Below, in pieces: positions 1 through 9,115 of a stretch of 64,000 nucleotides of DNA. Under the pieces are notes generated by a model that saw only the letters and a list, made by a program, of their open reading frames with translations, did not search any database and had not been told where the DNA came from. Position 1 is the first letter of the stretch, and each line of letters starts with the position of its first letter. The DNA comes from Candidatus Latescibacterota bacterium (GTDB lineage Bacteria > Latescibacterota > CBDCVA01): contig CBDCVA010000002.1 of assembly GCA_965222935.1 (NCBI GenBank), forward strand, positions 1,035,442-1,099,441, in the 5' to 3' direction. The translations under genes were made by a program, and so were the position numbers.

Positions 1-467
1 CGGCTGATGGTGATCACCCGAGCCGCCTCAGAGAAGATGCGGTTGATCAACAGACGCAATGCCGGCGACGCTCGTTGCTTCGCGCGCGCCTTGAGGTTGT
101 CCACGCCCATCGTGTAGACGACGTAGGGCACACCGGCCAATCGCTTGAGGATCAAGCCCATATACCCCATCGGCAGCACGGTGCCGCACTGAATAACGCC
201 CACGCCCTCCCTGCGAACCAGCCGGGCCAAGCCCGCGCACCAGGCAAGGTTGTAACCGAAGACTTTCGCTCGCCGATGCTCGAAAGGCGCGCGTACGATC
301 TGGAAGGGGAGATTCCGGTCGAACGCCTCCGCGTCGGTGCAGGGCGTCGCCGCCACGATCATGCGACCAGGGTCGAAGTGGCTGGCGATGTTGAAAAAGA
401 TGGTGGCGATCCCACCCAGCATCGGAGGGAAATCCTGCGTCACCAGAAGCGTTCTTGGGCCGCTCAT
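1..467 (-). CDS. glycosyltransferase family 4-like protein (N-terminal part; 3' end runs off the window)
   Basis: Reverse-strand translation from ATG at 465-467 gives MSGPRTLLVTQDFPPMLGGIATIFFNIASHF..., a typical GT-B/GT4 N-terminus. No stop before the window edge, so it is absent from the ORF track. Its start overlaps the stop of the upstream ORF (ATGA). Confidence 0.55.
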   Translation of the reverse strand, partial: MSGPRTLLVTQDFPPMLGGIATIFFNIASHFDPGRMIVAATPCTDAEAFDRNLPFQIVRAPFEHRRAKVFGYNLAWCAGLARLVRREGVGVIQCGTVLPMGYMGLILKRLAGVPYVVYTMGVDNLKARAKQRASPALRLLINRIFSEAARVITIS

Positions 468-862
468 GCGGCGATCCTCGGGACGGCCATCAACCGTTGC
501 ACCAACCCCCGCCACCGCATTGCCGCCCTTAGAGATCGACGAACGCTGGTACGGCCAAGGTCGACGAGGATTAGATTGGAAGGCGCTTCTTTGATTAGAA
601 TATTCCCCCAATAGAAATCTCCGTGATCCACGCCCGCGTCATGGACTCGCCGCGCAAATTGGCCCGAGGCTTCACCGGCTGTGCGCCGCTCAGCATCCCC
701 GCATCGCCCAGCCACCACTGCGTAGGATTCGCGCGCCTGGTACCAGGGCCATGGGGACGAGGCCCCCTCAGGGGCCAATCTGGTCAAAGCCGCAGATCGA
801 GGCGACGGGCTCGGGCAGGACGACGCTTCCGTCGGCGCGCTGGCCGTTTTCGAGCAAGGCAA
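464..862 (-). CDS. small ORF with a protein-kinase-like catalytic loop (Kdo/WaaP LPS-kinase-like); probable truncated remnant
   Basis: Motif GVDHGDFYWGNILI...LILVDLGRT resembles the HGD..N catalytic loop and the following Asp motif of Kdo/WaaP-family kinases. The N-terminal ATP-binding lobe is absent and the 5' ~95 nt overlap the serS 3' end in another frame. Confidence 0.3.
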   Translation of the reverse strand: MPCSKTASAPTEASSCPSPSPRSAALTRLAPEGASSPWPWYQARESYAVVAGRCGDAERRTAGEASGQFARRVHDAGVDHGDFYWGNILIKEAPSNLILVDLGRTSVRRSLRAAMRWRGLVQRLMAVPRIAA

Positions 863-2027
863 TGAGCATTCGTCCGAGTGCTATTGCCGTGCCATTGAGC
901 GTGTGGACGAATCGGAGCCGTCCGGTCTTGGGGTCGCGGTAGCGGATGTTCAGGCGCCGCGCCTGGAAATCCGTGCAGTTGGAAGTAGAGTGGGTCTCCC
1001 GGTAGCGACTCTGGCCTGGCATCCAGGCCTCCATGTCGTACTTCTTCGCCGTGGGTACCCCCAATTCCCCCGTGCACCCCATCACCAGTTGGTAGGGGAG
1101 TCCGAGCGCCTGCAGGATCGTCTCCTCGCTCTCACGTAGGAACTCGTGCTCGTCGTGGCTGCCCTCGGGCTGCGCGAAGCTGAACATCTCCACCTTGTCG
1201 AAGTGGTGGACGCGTAAAATCCCCCGCGTATCGCGCCCGTACGCACCCGCCTCGCGCCGAAAGCAGGAGGAATAGCCACAGTAGCGTAGGGGGAGTTCCT
1301 GAACGTCCAGCACTTCGTCGCGGTGCATGGGGCCAAGGGTTTGCTCGCTCGTAGCAGCCAGGACGAGATCGTCCCGCTCAAGAGCGTACATGTCGTCCGC
1401 CATCCACGGCAGGTATCCCATCGCCTCGAAGACTTCGCTTCGCGCGAGCACGGGCGGCAGGACCGGCCGGAAGCCGCGCTCGGTCAGAAAGCGGAGGGTG
1501 AACTGGATCAGGGCGAACTGAACGAGCACGAGCTCACCCTTGAGGTACCACGACCGCGCCCCGGCCACCTTCGCCGCCCGCTTCATGTCGATCAGGTCAA
1601 GCTGCTCGCCCAGCGCCAGGTGGTCCAGGGGCTCGAAGTCGAACGACGGTGGCTCGCCCCACGTGCGCAGGACGACGTTCCCGCTCTCGTCAGGGCCCTC
1701 GGGCACACCGTCTTCGGGCAGATTGGGCAGCGATAGCAAGGCATCGTTCAGTCCGATCTCCAACTCACGGAGGCGTCCCTCCTGTTCTTTGATCGTCGCT
1801 GAAAGCTCTCGCAGTTCTTCGCGCCGCAACTCTCGCTGAGCCGGGTCTTTGGCCACCGCCTGGCTTGCGGCATTGCGCTTCCCCCGCAGCCCATCCAGCT
1901 CCGATACCAGGGCCCGGCGCTCCGCATCCAGTCTCAGGACTTCATCCACGCGATCCGGCCCACCCTTGGCCACCACACCCCGGCGGACCCGTTCCGGTTC
2001 TTCTCGGATCAGACGGATGTCAAGCAC
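768..2027 (-). CDS. serS: seryl-tRNA synthetase
   Basis: 419-aa ORF with N-terminal coiled-coil arm and class II aaRS core (MLDIRLIREEPE..., ...FRREAGAYGRDTRGILRVHHF..., C-terminal ...TLNGTAIALGR...). Confidence 0.95.
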   Translation of the reverse strand: MLDIRLIREEPERVRRGVVAKGGPDRVDEVLRLDAERRALVSELDGLRGKRNAASQAVAKDPAQRELRREELRELSATIKEQEGRLRELEIGLNDALLSLPNLPEDGVPEGPDESGNVVLRTWGEPPSFDFEPLDHLALGEQLDLIDMKRAAKVAGARSWYLKGELVLVQFALIQFTLRFLTERGFRPVLPPVLARSEVFEAMGYLPWMADDMYALERDDLVLAATSEQTLGPMHRDEVLDVQELPLRYCGYSSCFRREAGAYGRDTRGILRVHHFDKVEMFSFAQPEGSHDEHEFLRESEETILQALGLPYQLVMGCTGELGVPTAKKYDMEAWMPGQSRYRETHSTSNCTDFQARRLNIRYRDPKTGRLRFVHTLNGTAIALGRMLIALLENGQRADGSVVLPEPVASICGFDQIGP

Positions 2028-2042
2028 AATGTTCGGGCAGTC

Positions 2043-3224
2043 CTACGCTGCCAACCTGGACACGAGCGCATCTACGACGAGGAAACCCCTTCCTGTCGCA
2101 CGCACGGTCTGCGATGCGATTTCCAGCCAACCCTCATCCTTGAAAATCCGTGCTCTATCGATCAGCGCCATCGTCCGCTGCCGACCCCAAGCCCGTTCGA
2201 CCTCATTCAGATCGAGCCCCTCCACGCGGCGCAAGCCAAGCATCACCGTCTCGAAGAACCGCGTCTGGGAATCAAGCGTCTCGCTTCCCTCCACAGGCGA
2301 TCGGCCCGACTCCAGCGCAGCGACGTACGCCCGAAAGTCGCGAGTGTTCCACCATCGCCGCTCCTCCACAAAGCTGTGCGCTCCCAGGCCCGCGCCAAGG
2401 TAGGCGGCACCGCTCCAGTACGCGAGGTTGTGGCGACACCGATGCCCCACCCGTGCGAAATTGGACACTTCGTACCGAGCGTAGCCCGCCGCATCCAGGG
2501 TCCGGGCAATGCACTCGTACTCCGAGGCTGCGATCCCCTCATCGGGCAAGATGAGCCGCCCGCGGCGCAACTTGCGCCGCATGGGCACGTCGCCCTCCAG
2601 CGTTAGGTGGTAGGCGGAGACATGGGTCGGCTCGAGGGCTGTAGCTTCGGCCAGGTCGGCCCGCACGTCCTCAAGCCCTGCACCCGGAACGCCGAAGAGC
2701 AGGTCCAGCGAGAGCTCCTCAAAGCCCGCATTGCGCGCCGCCCGTAGCGCGGACCGGGCTTCGGCGGCGGAATGGTCCCGCCCCAGTGTGCGCAGGAGCC
2801 GGTCCTGGAACGACTGCACGCCGACGGATAGCCGCGTCACGCCCGACGCGCGCAGGATCTCCAGCGCCGCTGCGTCCACCGTCCCCGGATTGGCCTCCAC
2901 GGTGACCTCCGCAGCGCACGAGAGGCCGAAACGTCCGGTGATTCCCTCCAAAATACGCGCCAACGTCCGGGGAGGGAGCATCGTCGGAGTGCCGCCGCCA
3001 AAACATACGGTCGCAAGACCCTCTCTGGGCCGCCCAAATCGTGCCGAGAGCCGCTCCAGCTCGCGCTCAAGGGCCGAGAGGTACGGCTCGACTTCCGGCC
3101 GACGCGCCACGACAATCGGGAAATCGCAATAGTGGCACCACCTCCGACAGAAGGGGATGTGGACATAGAGATGGCGCGGTGAGGCGCCCTCACCTACCGG
3201 ATGATGTCGGCCAGCCGTTCCCAC
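2043..3224 (-). CDS. hemW: radical SAM heme chaperone HemW / oxygen-independent coproporphyrinogen III oxidase-like protein
   Basis: CxxxCxxC radical-SAM motif in LYVHIPFCRRWCHYCDF. The ORF track extends to 3320, but that would overlap lepB by more than 120 nt; an in-frame GTG at 3224 is proposed as the start (uncertain). Confidence 0.8.
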   Translation of the reverse strand: MGTAGRHHPVGEGASPRHLYVHIPFCRRWCHYCDFPIVVARRPEVEPYLSALERELERLSARFGRPREGLATVCFGGGTPTMLPPRTLARILEGITGRFGLSCAAEVTVEANPGTVDAAALEILRASGVTRLSVGVQSFQDRLLRTLGRDHSAAEARSALRAARNAGFEELSLDLLFGVPGAGLEDVRADLAEATALEPTHVSAYHLTLEGDVPMRRKLRRGRLILPDEGIAASEYECIARTLDAAGYARYEVSNFARVGHRCRHNLAYWSGAAYLGAGLGAHSFVEERRWWNTRDFRAYVAALESGRSPVEGSETLDSQTRFFETVMLGLRRVEGLDLNEVERAWGRQRTMALIDRARIFKDEGWLEIASQTVRATGRGFLVVDALVSRLAA

Positions 3225-3991
3225 CGGACCCGCTTCGGAAAACGAATGATGTTGTAGACCAGCATGTAGGGCAGGGACAAGGGACTCGCATACCGCGGCG
3301 CGCGCATATCGGGACGCCACGACCAGTAGAGGATCATCGCTCTGCCCTTAACGAAACGCATGTGTAGCTCGCCCCAGTAACGCGAGTCGCGCGAGTTGTC
3401 CCGATTATCCCCCATCATGAACAGATGCTCGGGGCGAATCGTGATCGGGCCGAAGTTGTCACGTGGACTGTCAGCCAAACCGAAGACACGGGCATCGGTA
3501 TATTTCACCTTCGGGGGATTGAGGAACGGTTGTCCGTCCACGTATAGCCTCTTGTCGCGGATCTCCACTGTCTGCCCCTCGACGGCCACGCACCGCTTGA
3601 TGAAGTCCTTGGAGGAATCTTCAGGGTAGGCGAAAATCATGATGTCGCCTGGCTGCATGTCGCGCAGGCCCGGCAGCCGCCCATCGGTGAAGGGGATTTT
3701 GGGACCGTACAGGAACTTGTTCGCCAGAAGGAAATCACCGACCAGGAGCGTGTCCTCCATCGAGCCCGAAGGGATGCGGAACGCCTGCACAATGAAGTGG
3801 CGGATGCCCAGCGCCAATAACAGCGCGACCCCGATCGCCTCGATGTACTCGCGCAGATGCGACTTCGGGCGGCGCGGCGTCTCCGTCTGCGCGCGAGCCT
3901 CGACTTCGGGGACGACTCGGCTCTCGCGCCGCAGCATACGAAGGGCACCGTTCCAAAGACGGCGCGTTCCCGCCGTGACCGCCCCCATCAT
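3194..3991 (-). CDS. lepB: signal peptidase I
   Basis: Motifs IPSGSMEDTLLVGDFLL and MMGDNRDNSRDSRYWG (S26 catalytic Ser/Lys regions). Start placed at the ATG at 3989-3991, 2 nt after the lepA stop; the longer ORF-track version (to 4123) would overlap lepA. Confidence 0.9.
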   Translation of the reverse strand: MMGAVTAGTRRLWNGALRMLRRESRVVPEVEARAQTETPRRPKSHLREYIEAIGVALLLALGIRHFIVQAFRIPSGSMEDTLLVGDFLLANKFLYGPKIPFTDGRLPGLRDMQPGDIMIFAYPEDSSKDFIKRCVAVEGQTVEIRDKRLYVDGQPFLNPPKVKYTDARVFGLADSPRDNFGPITIRPEHLFMMGDNRDNSRDSRYWGELHMRFVKGRAMILYWSWRPDMRAPRYASPLSLPYMLVYNIIRFPKRVRWERLADIIR

Positions 3992-3993
3992 CC

Positions 3994-5832
3994 CTAAGTC
4001 CCTAGCACGGCCAGGAAGGCTTCCTGAGGTATTTCGACGGTGCCGACCAGCTTGAGCCGTTTTCGGCCTTCCTTCTGCCGCTCGAGGAGCTTGCGCTTGC
4101 GGGTAATGTCCCCGCCGTAGCACTTGGCCGTCACGTTCTTGCGCAAGGGAGAGATGGTCTCACGTGCGATCACCTTGCTGCCCAACGCACCCTGGATGAT
4201 GACGGGGAAAAGCTGGCGCGGGATCTCCTGCCGCAGCTTCTGGCAAAGCACCAGCGCCCGCTCCCGCGCCCTATCGCGGTGCAAGATAACGCTCAGGGCA
4301 TCCACGGGCTCACCGTTGAGTAAAATGTCGAGCTTCTGAACGGCCGCCGTACGATGTGCCAGGTACTCGTAGTCGAAGGAAGCATAGCCCCGCGTGGCCG
4401 ACTTCAACTTGTCATAGAAATCGTAGACGATCTCGGCGAGCGGGACCTCGCAGACGAAGCTAACGCGCTTGGCGCCTATCGCATGCGTCCCCGTTACCTG
4501 GCCGCGCCGATTGTGCACGAGCCTCATCACATTTCCCAAGTATTCGGAGGGCGTGATCAACTCCAGCGTAAGCCACGGCTCTTCGATCCGCTCAATCAGA
4601 GCCGGGTTAGGAAATTTGGCGGGATTGTCCACCATCACGACCTCGCCCCCACGCAGAACGGCGCGATACGCCACTGACGGCGCCGTGGTGATGATCTCCA
4701 TGCCGAACTCCCGAGCCAGCCGCTCCTGCACGATCTCTCTGTGTAAGAGACCCAGAAACCCGCACCGGAAGCCGAACCCCAGCGCCTGCGAGGTCTCCGG
4801 TCCGTAGGTGAACGCCCAGTCGTTCAGCCTCAGCCGTTCCAGCGCCGCCTTCAATTCGTCGTACTCGTCGGGATCAACGGGGTAGAGCCCCGCGAAGACC
4901 ATAGGTTTGACCTCGCGGTAGCCTGGAAGCGCCGCACTTGCGGGCGTTCCACCATCGGTCAAGGTATCGCCGACGCGCGCCTCGGTCACCTCCTTCACCC
5001 CAGCGATGACGTAGCCCACGTCGCCCGCGACGAGCGCCGCAGTCGGCGTCTTTTGCCCGAAGGTCAACAGCCCGACCTCCTGGACCTCCCGCACCTGCCC
5101 CGTGGACATATAGAGCGCCTGCATGCCTCGCCGCAACGTCCCGTCCACCACCCGCACGTAAGCGACCGTTCCCCGGTAGGCATCGAAGAAGGCATCGAAG
5201 ATCAATGCCCGCAGCGGCGCCGACGGGTCCCCACCGGGTGGCGGAACTCGCTCGACGATGGCTTCCAGGACCTCCCGCGTCCCCAGACCCTCCTTGGCGC
5301 TCGCTCGGATCACCTCGCGCGGATCGATGCCGACGAGACCGCCGATCTCCTCGGCCGCGGCATCCGGCTGTGCGTGAGAGAGGTCCACCTTGTTGACGAC
5401 CGGGATGAGAGCCAGTTCGTGCTCCAGCGCCAGGAGCACGTTCGAGACCGTCTGCGCCTCCACGCCCTGCGAGGCATCTACGAGCAAGAGTGCTCCCTCG
5501 CACGCGGCTAGACTTCGGCTCACCTCGTAGGTAAAATCCACATGGCCCGGAGTATCGATCAGGTTGAGGACGTACTCCGCGCCGTCCGGCGCGCTGTAGA
5601 CCATGCGCACCGGGTGCGATTTGATCGTGATCCCCCGCTCCCGTTCCAGGTCCATGGCATCGAGGACCTGCTTGACCATCTTGCTGGGCGCCACGCTGCC
5701 GGTGGCCTCCAAGAGCCGATCAGCGAGGGTGGATTTGCCATGATCGATGTGCGCAATGATACAGAAATTACGCAAGCTGGCGGCCTTGGGAACACCAAGC
5801 TGCGCAAGGGCTTGTTCAGTCGCAAGACTCAC
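3994..5832 (-). CDS. lepA: elongation factor 4 (translational GTPase LepA)
   Basis: 612-aa ORF with GTPase P-loop [23 protein letters not shown] and NKVD; conserved lepA-lepB gene order. Confidence 0.95.
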   Translation of the reverse strand: MSLATEQALAQLGVPKAASLRNFCIIAHIDHGKSTLADRLLEATGSVAPSKMVKQVLDAMDLERERGITIKSHPVRMVYSAPDGAEYVLNLIDTPGHVDFTYEVSRSLAACEGALLLVDASQGVEAQTVSNVLLALEHELALIPVVNKVDLSHAQPDAAAEEIGGLVGIDPREVIRASAKEGLGTREVLEAIVERVPPPGGDPSAPLRALIFDAFFDAYRGTVAYVRVVDGTLRRGMQALYMSTGQVREVQEVGLLTFGQKTPTAALVAGDVGYVIAGVKEVTEARVGDTLTDGGTPASAALPGYREVKPMVFAGLYPVDPDEYDELKAALERLRLNDWAFTYGPETSQALGFGFRCGFLGLLHREIVQERLAREFGMEIITTAPSVAYRAVLRGGEVVMVDNPAKFPNPALIERIEEPWLTLELITPSEYLGNVMRLVHNRRGQVTGTHAIGAKRVSFVCEVPLAEIVYDFYDKLKSATRGYASFDYEYLAHRTAAVQKLDILLNGEPVDALSVILHRDRARERALVLCQKLRQEIPRQLFPVIIQGALGSKVIARETISPLRKNVTAKCYGGDITRKRKLLERQKEGRKRLKLVGTVEIPQEAFLAVLGT

Positions 5833-5994
5833 GAGTACCTCAAAGTTGGGAAAATAGGCTCAACGCTCGGTCCGGTCAAATGGCTCCAACGCTGTTGAGC
5901 ACACTGAGAGAAATCCCAGGGTTTCCACCCGCGAGGACGTCTTTCAATGTATGGGAGAATCCATGTCCAGAACGCCGCGATCGCACGGTGCTCC

Positions 5995-8061
5995 CTAAGG
6001 ACGCATGTGCCGCCGAAGTTGCTGCAAGTTTTGCCGCGCGTTGATGTGGCCAGGGGCTACCTCGACCGCTTTCTGCCAGTACTCTCGCGCGCGTATCAAA
6101 TCCCCCATCTGCGCATAGGCCACCCCCAGCGCGTTGTAGCCCGAGGCAAACGCCGGATCGCTCCGAACGCTCCGCATGTACCACGAAAGCGCCTCCTCCA
6201 TTCGCCCCTGCTCCAAGGCCACCTCGCCTCGGCCATAGAGGGCCCGAACGAAGAAGGGATCGACCTCCAGCGCCCGCTCGAACGCCGCCGCCGAGCGGTC
6301 CAGGTCGCCATGCAACAGATGCGTTCTCCCCAGGTTGTATTGCACGCTCACGGCGCCAGCAGCCACGTTGGCGACGCGCGCGTAAACCGAATCGGCGGCG
6401 GCTTTCGCACCACGGCTATACAGGGCCTCTGCCCGCGCGAAGGTGTAGTGAGCCAGGATGCGCTCGAGCCACAGGTCCTGCCCCCAGCCCGCCGCGATGA
6501 AGGAATCGGGGTCCGAAAGCCGCCACTGCACCGCCAGATCGCCCGAGTTGGCCGAATCGGCATCCGGAACGATTCGGTAGGTCAACCCGTAAGGCTCCCA
6601 CCGGTATCCGGGGATGCCCCACTGGTTCTCCCCCCGCACGTCGAAGACGGGCCGCCCTCGTCGCAGAAGTCGCTCCTCCGCTAGCGCCATTCGCCGAGCC
6701 CGAGGGGCCTTTTGGAGCCGCGACAGGTCCTTCCCGTAGACGCCCGGCGAGAGGTGTCCACCACGGCAGGAGAGCTGTACGTCCGGCCGCCGCCCCTCGA
6801 TGAGATGGAGGTAGCACAGGATGAAAGTCGCGTCGTCTCCCTCGGCCAGGAGCGCAGCGCCTCGCGGCAGAGGTCCCAGGATGTCCAGCCCATAGCGGTA
6901 GGCGAGCCAGTTGTCGTGCAGGTCCACAGCCTGCCAGTTGGCCGCAAGCGGCACAGCCGGAAGAATGAACGCCAAAGCCCAACCCCATCCGCGCGCCACC
7001 GCCACGCGCCTCCAGGCTCCTAGCCGCCGGCCCACTCCAGCCAACCCGAAGCCGATCCACAGCGCCGCCACGAGGAAGGTCGGCATGTAGAAGACGTGGA
7101 TGTCGGTGATATCGTAATTGACCGCGTAGAGCAGATTCACGGCGGCGATCATCACGAGCGGACCGGCCAGAGGCCGCGCTAGATGGAAGCTCTCTATGAG
7201 GCCCAGCACCACGAAGGGGAGTGATAGCAGCGTCCCCTGCTCGACCAGGATCGCCGCGAAGCGTCCCAGGTTGCGAATAATGGCACCCAGCGGCATCTGT
7301 CCAAGGAAGTGGCGGTACTGCTGAGCGGTGATGTGATCCCAGAAATCGCCCATCGTGCGCAAGGGCACCCACTGGATCGCAGGCCCGAGCTCCGCGCGCA
7401 CCCACAGGCTCAGATAGGGTGATAACCCCACTAGCCCGAGGCCAATCCCCCAGGCCAGCCACCAGGGTCGCTCCCGCACCCAGGAGCGCTTCAACCAGAG
7501 CACCCACGCGAGCGCAGGCCAGATCAGGACGACCGTCAAGTGGTGCGCGAGCCCAAGACCCATCACGTAGGTCAATCCGAAGAAGGCCCGCCCGTCCCCA
7601 CAGAACCATCGGGCGGCCAGAAGCAGCGTCGCGGCCAGAAGCGCCACGTGCAGCGTGTAGACCTCGGCCGTCACGGCCTGCGACCAGAAGGTCCCCGACC
7701 AAGCGAGCCACAGGGCGCCTGCCAACGCCGAGGGCCGAGGCAAGGCGAGAGTGCGGCCGCATAGATAGACGAGAGCGCACGCCCAGGCGCCGCATAGCGC
7801 CGTGAAGAAGTTGACCCTCATCGGGACGGAAAGCCACGGTGTGAGCAACGAGACGGCGCGCCCGGCCAGGACGAACAACGGATAGCCCGGTGGATGCGCG
7901 ATACCAGCGGTGTGCACCGCCGCGATCAACTCCCCCGAGCCGACGACATGAACGGTCGGAGAAAGCGTGGCGAGGAAGGCCGCCAGGGAGAGTGTCCCCG
8001 CAGTCAGCGCGAGGGCGGCATCGCCCCGGGCGAGGGGCACCGAAGCGAAGGGCATGGGCAT
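5995..8061 (-). CDS. polytopic membrane protein, DUF2723/TMEM260-like (glycosyltransferase family 39-like) with C-terminal TPR repeats
   Basis: N-terminal AHPPGYPLFVLAGRA motif and many hydrophobic spans; C-terminal TPR-like repeats (...LGRTHLLHGDLDRSAAAFERALEVDP...). Start placed at the internal Met (MPMPF) to avoid overlapping the upstream gene. Confidence 0.6.
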   Translation of the reverse strand: MPMPFASVPLARGDAALALTAGTLSLAAFLATLSPTVHVVGSGELIAAVHTAGIAHPPGYPLFVLAGRAVSLLTPWLSVPMRVNFFTALCGAWACALVYLCGRTLALPRPSALAGALWLAWSGTFWSQAVTAEVYTLHVALLAATLLLAARWFCGDGRAFFGLTYVMGLGLAHHLTVVLIWPALAWVLWLKRSWVRERPWWLAWGIGLGLVGLSPYLSLWVRAELGPAIQWVPLRTMGDFWDHITAQQYRHFLGQMPLGAIIRNLGRFAAILVEQGTLLSLPFVVLGLIESFHLARPLAGPLVMIAAVNLLYAVNYDITDIHVFYMPTFLVAALWIGFGLAGVGRRLGAWRRVAVARGWGWALAFILPAVPLAANWQAVDLHDNWLAYRYGLDILGPLPRGAALLAEGDDATFILCYLHLIEGRRPDVQLSCRGGHLSPGVYGKDLSRLQKAPRARRMALAEERLLRRGRPVFDVRGENQWGIPGYRWEPYGLTYRIVPDADSANSGDLAVQWRLSDPDSFIAAGWGQDLWLERILAHYTFARAEALYSRGAKAAADSVYARVANVAAGAVSVQYNLGRTHLLHGDLDRSAAAFERALEVDPFFVRALYGRGEVALEQGRMEEALSWYMRSVRSDPAFASGYNALGVAYAQMGDLIRAREYWQKAVEVAPGHINARQNLQQLRRHMRP

Positions 8062-8078
8062 GGGGAAACGCGACGAGG

Positions 8079-9065
8079 CTAGTAGAGATCCACGGTCGGG
8101 CGAAACAGGAATTCGACGTCTCCATCCCATCCGGCACTGGGATCATACACCCGCCGCTTCTCCCATAGGAATCCGGTGCGAAGGCGTATGGCGCGCACAT
8201 GAGACCAGCCCACCGGGAAGCGCTTGCCGATCAGGAAGCTCTGCCTTGAAACCAGAGACCGCACCCCGCCGGGGTTTCGGATGGGGAACTGCGTTTCGAG
8301 CGCGACCTGCGAGTTACGAAACCAGATGGAGCCCTCCCCCCGCCCATCGTTGCGCTGTCGCCTGAAGCCGACAACCAGCACGTCCACAACTTCCCTGTGG
8401 CTATGAAACTTAGGCCCCACCTCGAAGGTCCAATCGAGCCACGACCCATCGCGCTCGACTCTGCCCTTCACCCGCCAGGCCAATTCCAGCGCGACATCGC
8501 GAACGATATCGTCAACGATGTCGGCGTCTCTGTTGCGGCGTTTCACGATACGGTGCCAACTCACCGTCCCCACGATGCCCATGATGGCTGCGCTCGTCTG
8601 CCGTCCTGACGTTCCTTTCTGCACGAAAGGTACAATGTCCCCAACGAAGAGCGAAAGGGCATAGGGTTCCTCGGCACCGGAGGCGAGAACGCGCACGAGA
8701 TTCAAGCCGTCCTTGACCTCAAAGCGCCGATAGAAGTCGGGGAAGTTCGCATTCAGGTAAGGCGGCAAGGTCGGCAGAGGGTAGACTGAGAACTGGATAA
8801 GCGTGCACCGGGGTATGATCGAAGGAACCAGAAGCCGCCGGTAGAGGCTCAACGCCTCGCGCGGCGTACGCTCCACCTTGAAGTCATAGAACAGGCTCGA
8901 ATAGCTATCGTACGGGCCCAGCCGCAGTGTGTGCTCGATTCTGTGGCTGTGCCGGAACCAGTGTCGCGCCGTCGTGTACGCCTCGATGGGAGGCGCGGCT
9001 AGAAGCAAGCCCACGTAGGCCGCCAAGCTACACGAGATGACGCGACGGGCGTCCATCCGATGCAT
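8079..9065 (-). CDS. hypothetical secreted protein
   Basis: Signal-peptide-like N-terminus (MHRMDARRVISCSLAAYVGLLLAAPPIEA); no recognisable catalytic motif; lies immediately downstream of the metalloprotease gene. Confidence 0.5.
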   Translation of the reverse strand: MHRMDARRVISCSLAAYVGLLLAAPPIEAYTTARHWFRHSHRIEHTLRLGPYDSYSSLFYDFKVERTPREALSLYRRLLVPSIIPRCTLIQFSVYPLPTLPPYLNANFPDFYRRFEVKDGLNLVRVLASGAEEPYALSLFVGDIVPFVQKGTSGRQTSAAIMGIVGTVSWHRIVKRRNRDADIVDDIVRDVALELAWRVKGRVERDGSWLDWTFEVGPKFHSHREVVDVLVVGFRRQRNDGRGEGSIWFRNSQVALETQFPIRNPGGVRSLVSRQSFLIGKRFPVGWSHVRAIRLRTGFLWEKRRVYDPSAGWDGDVEFLFRPTVDLY

Positions 9066-9115
9066 CGCCCCCAATGGCAAGCGTGTGCTGAATCGAGCCC
9101 CAGCGTAACCCACGC

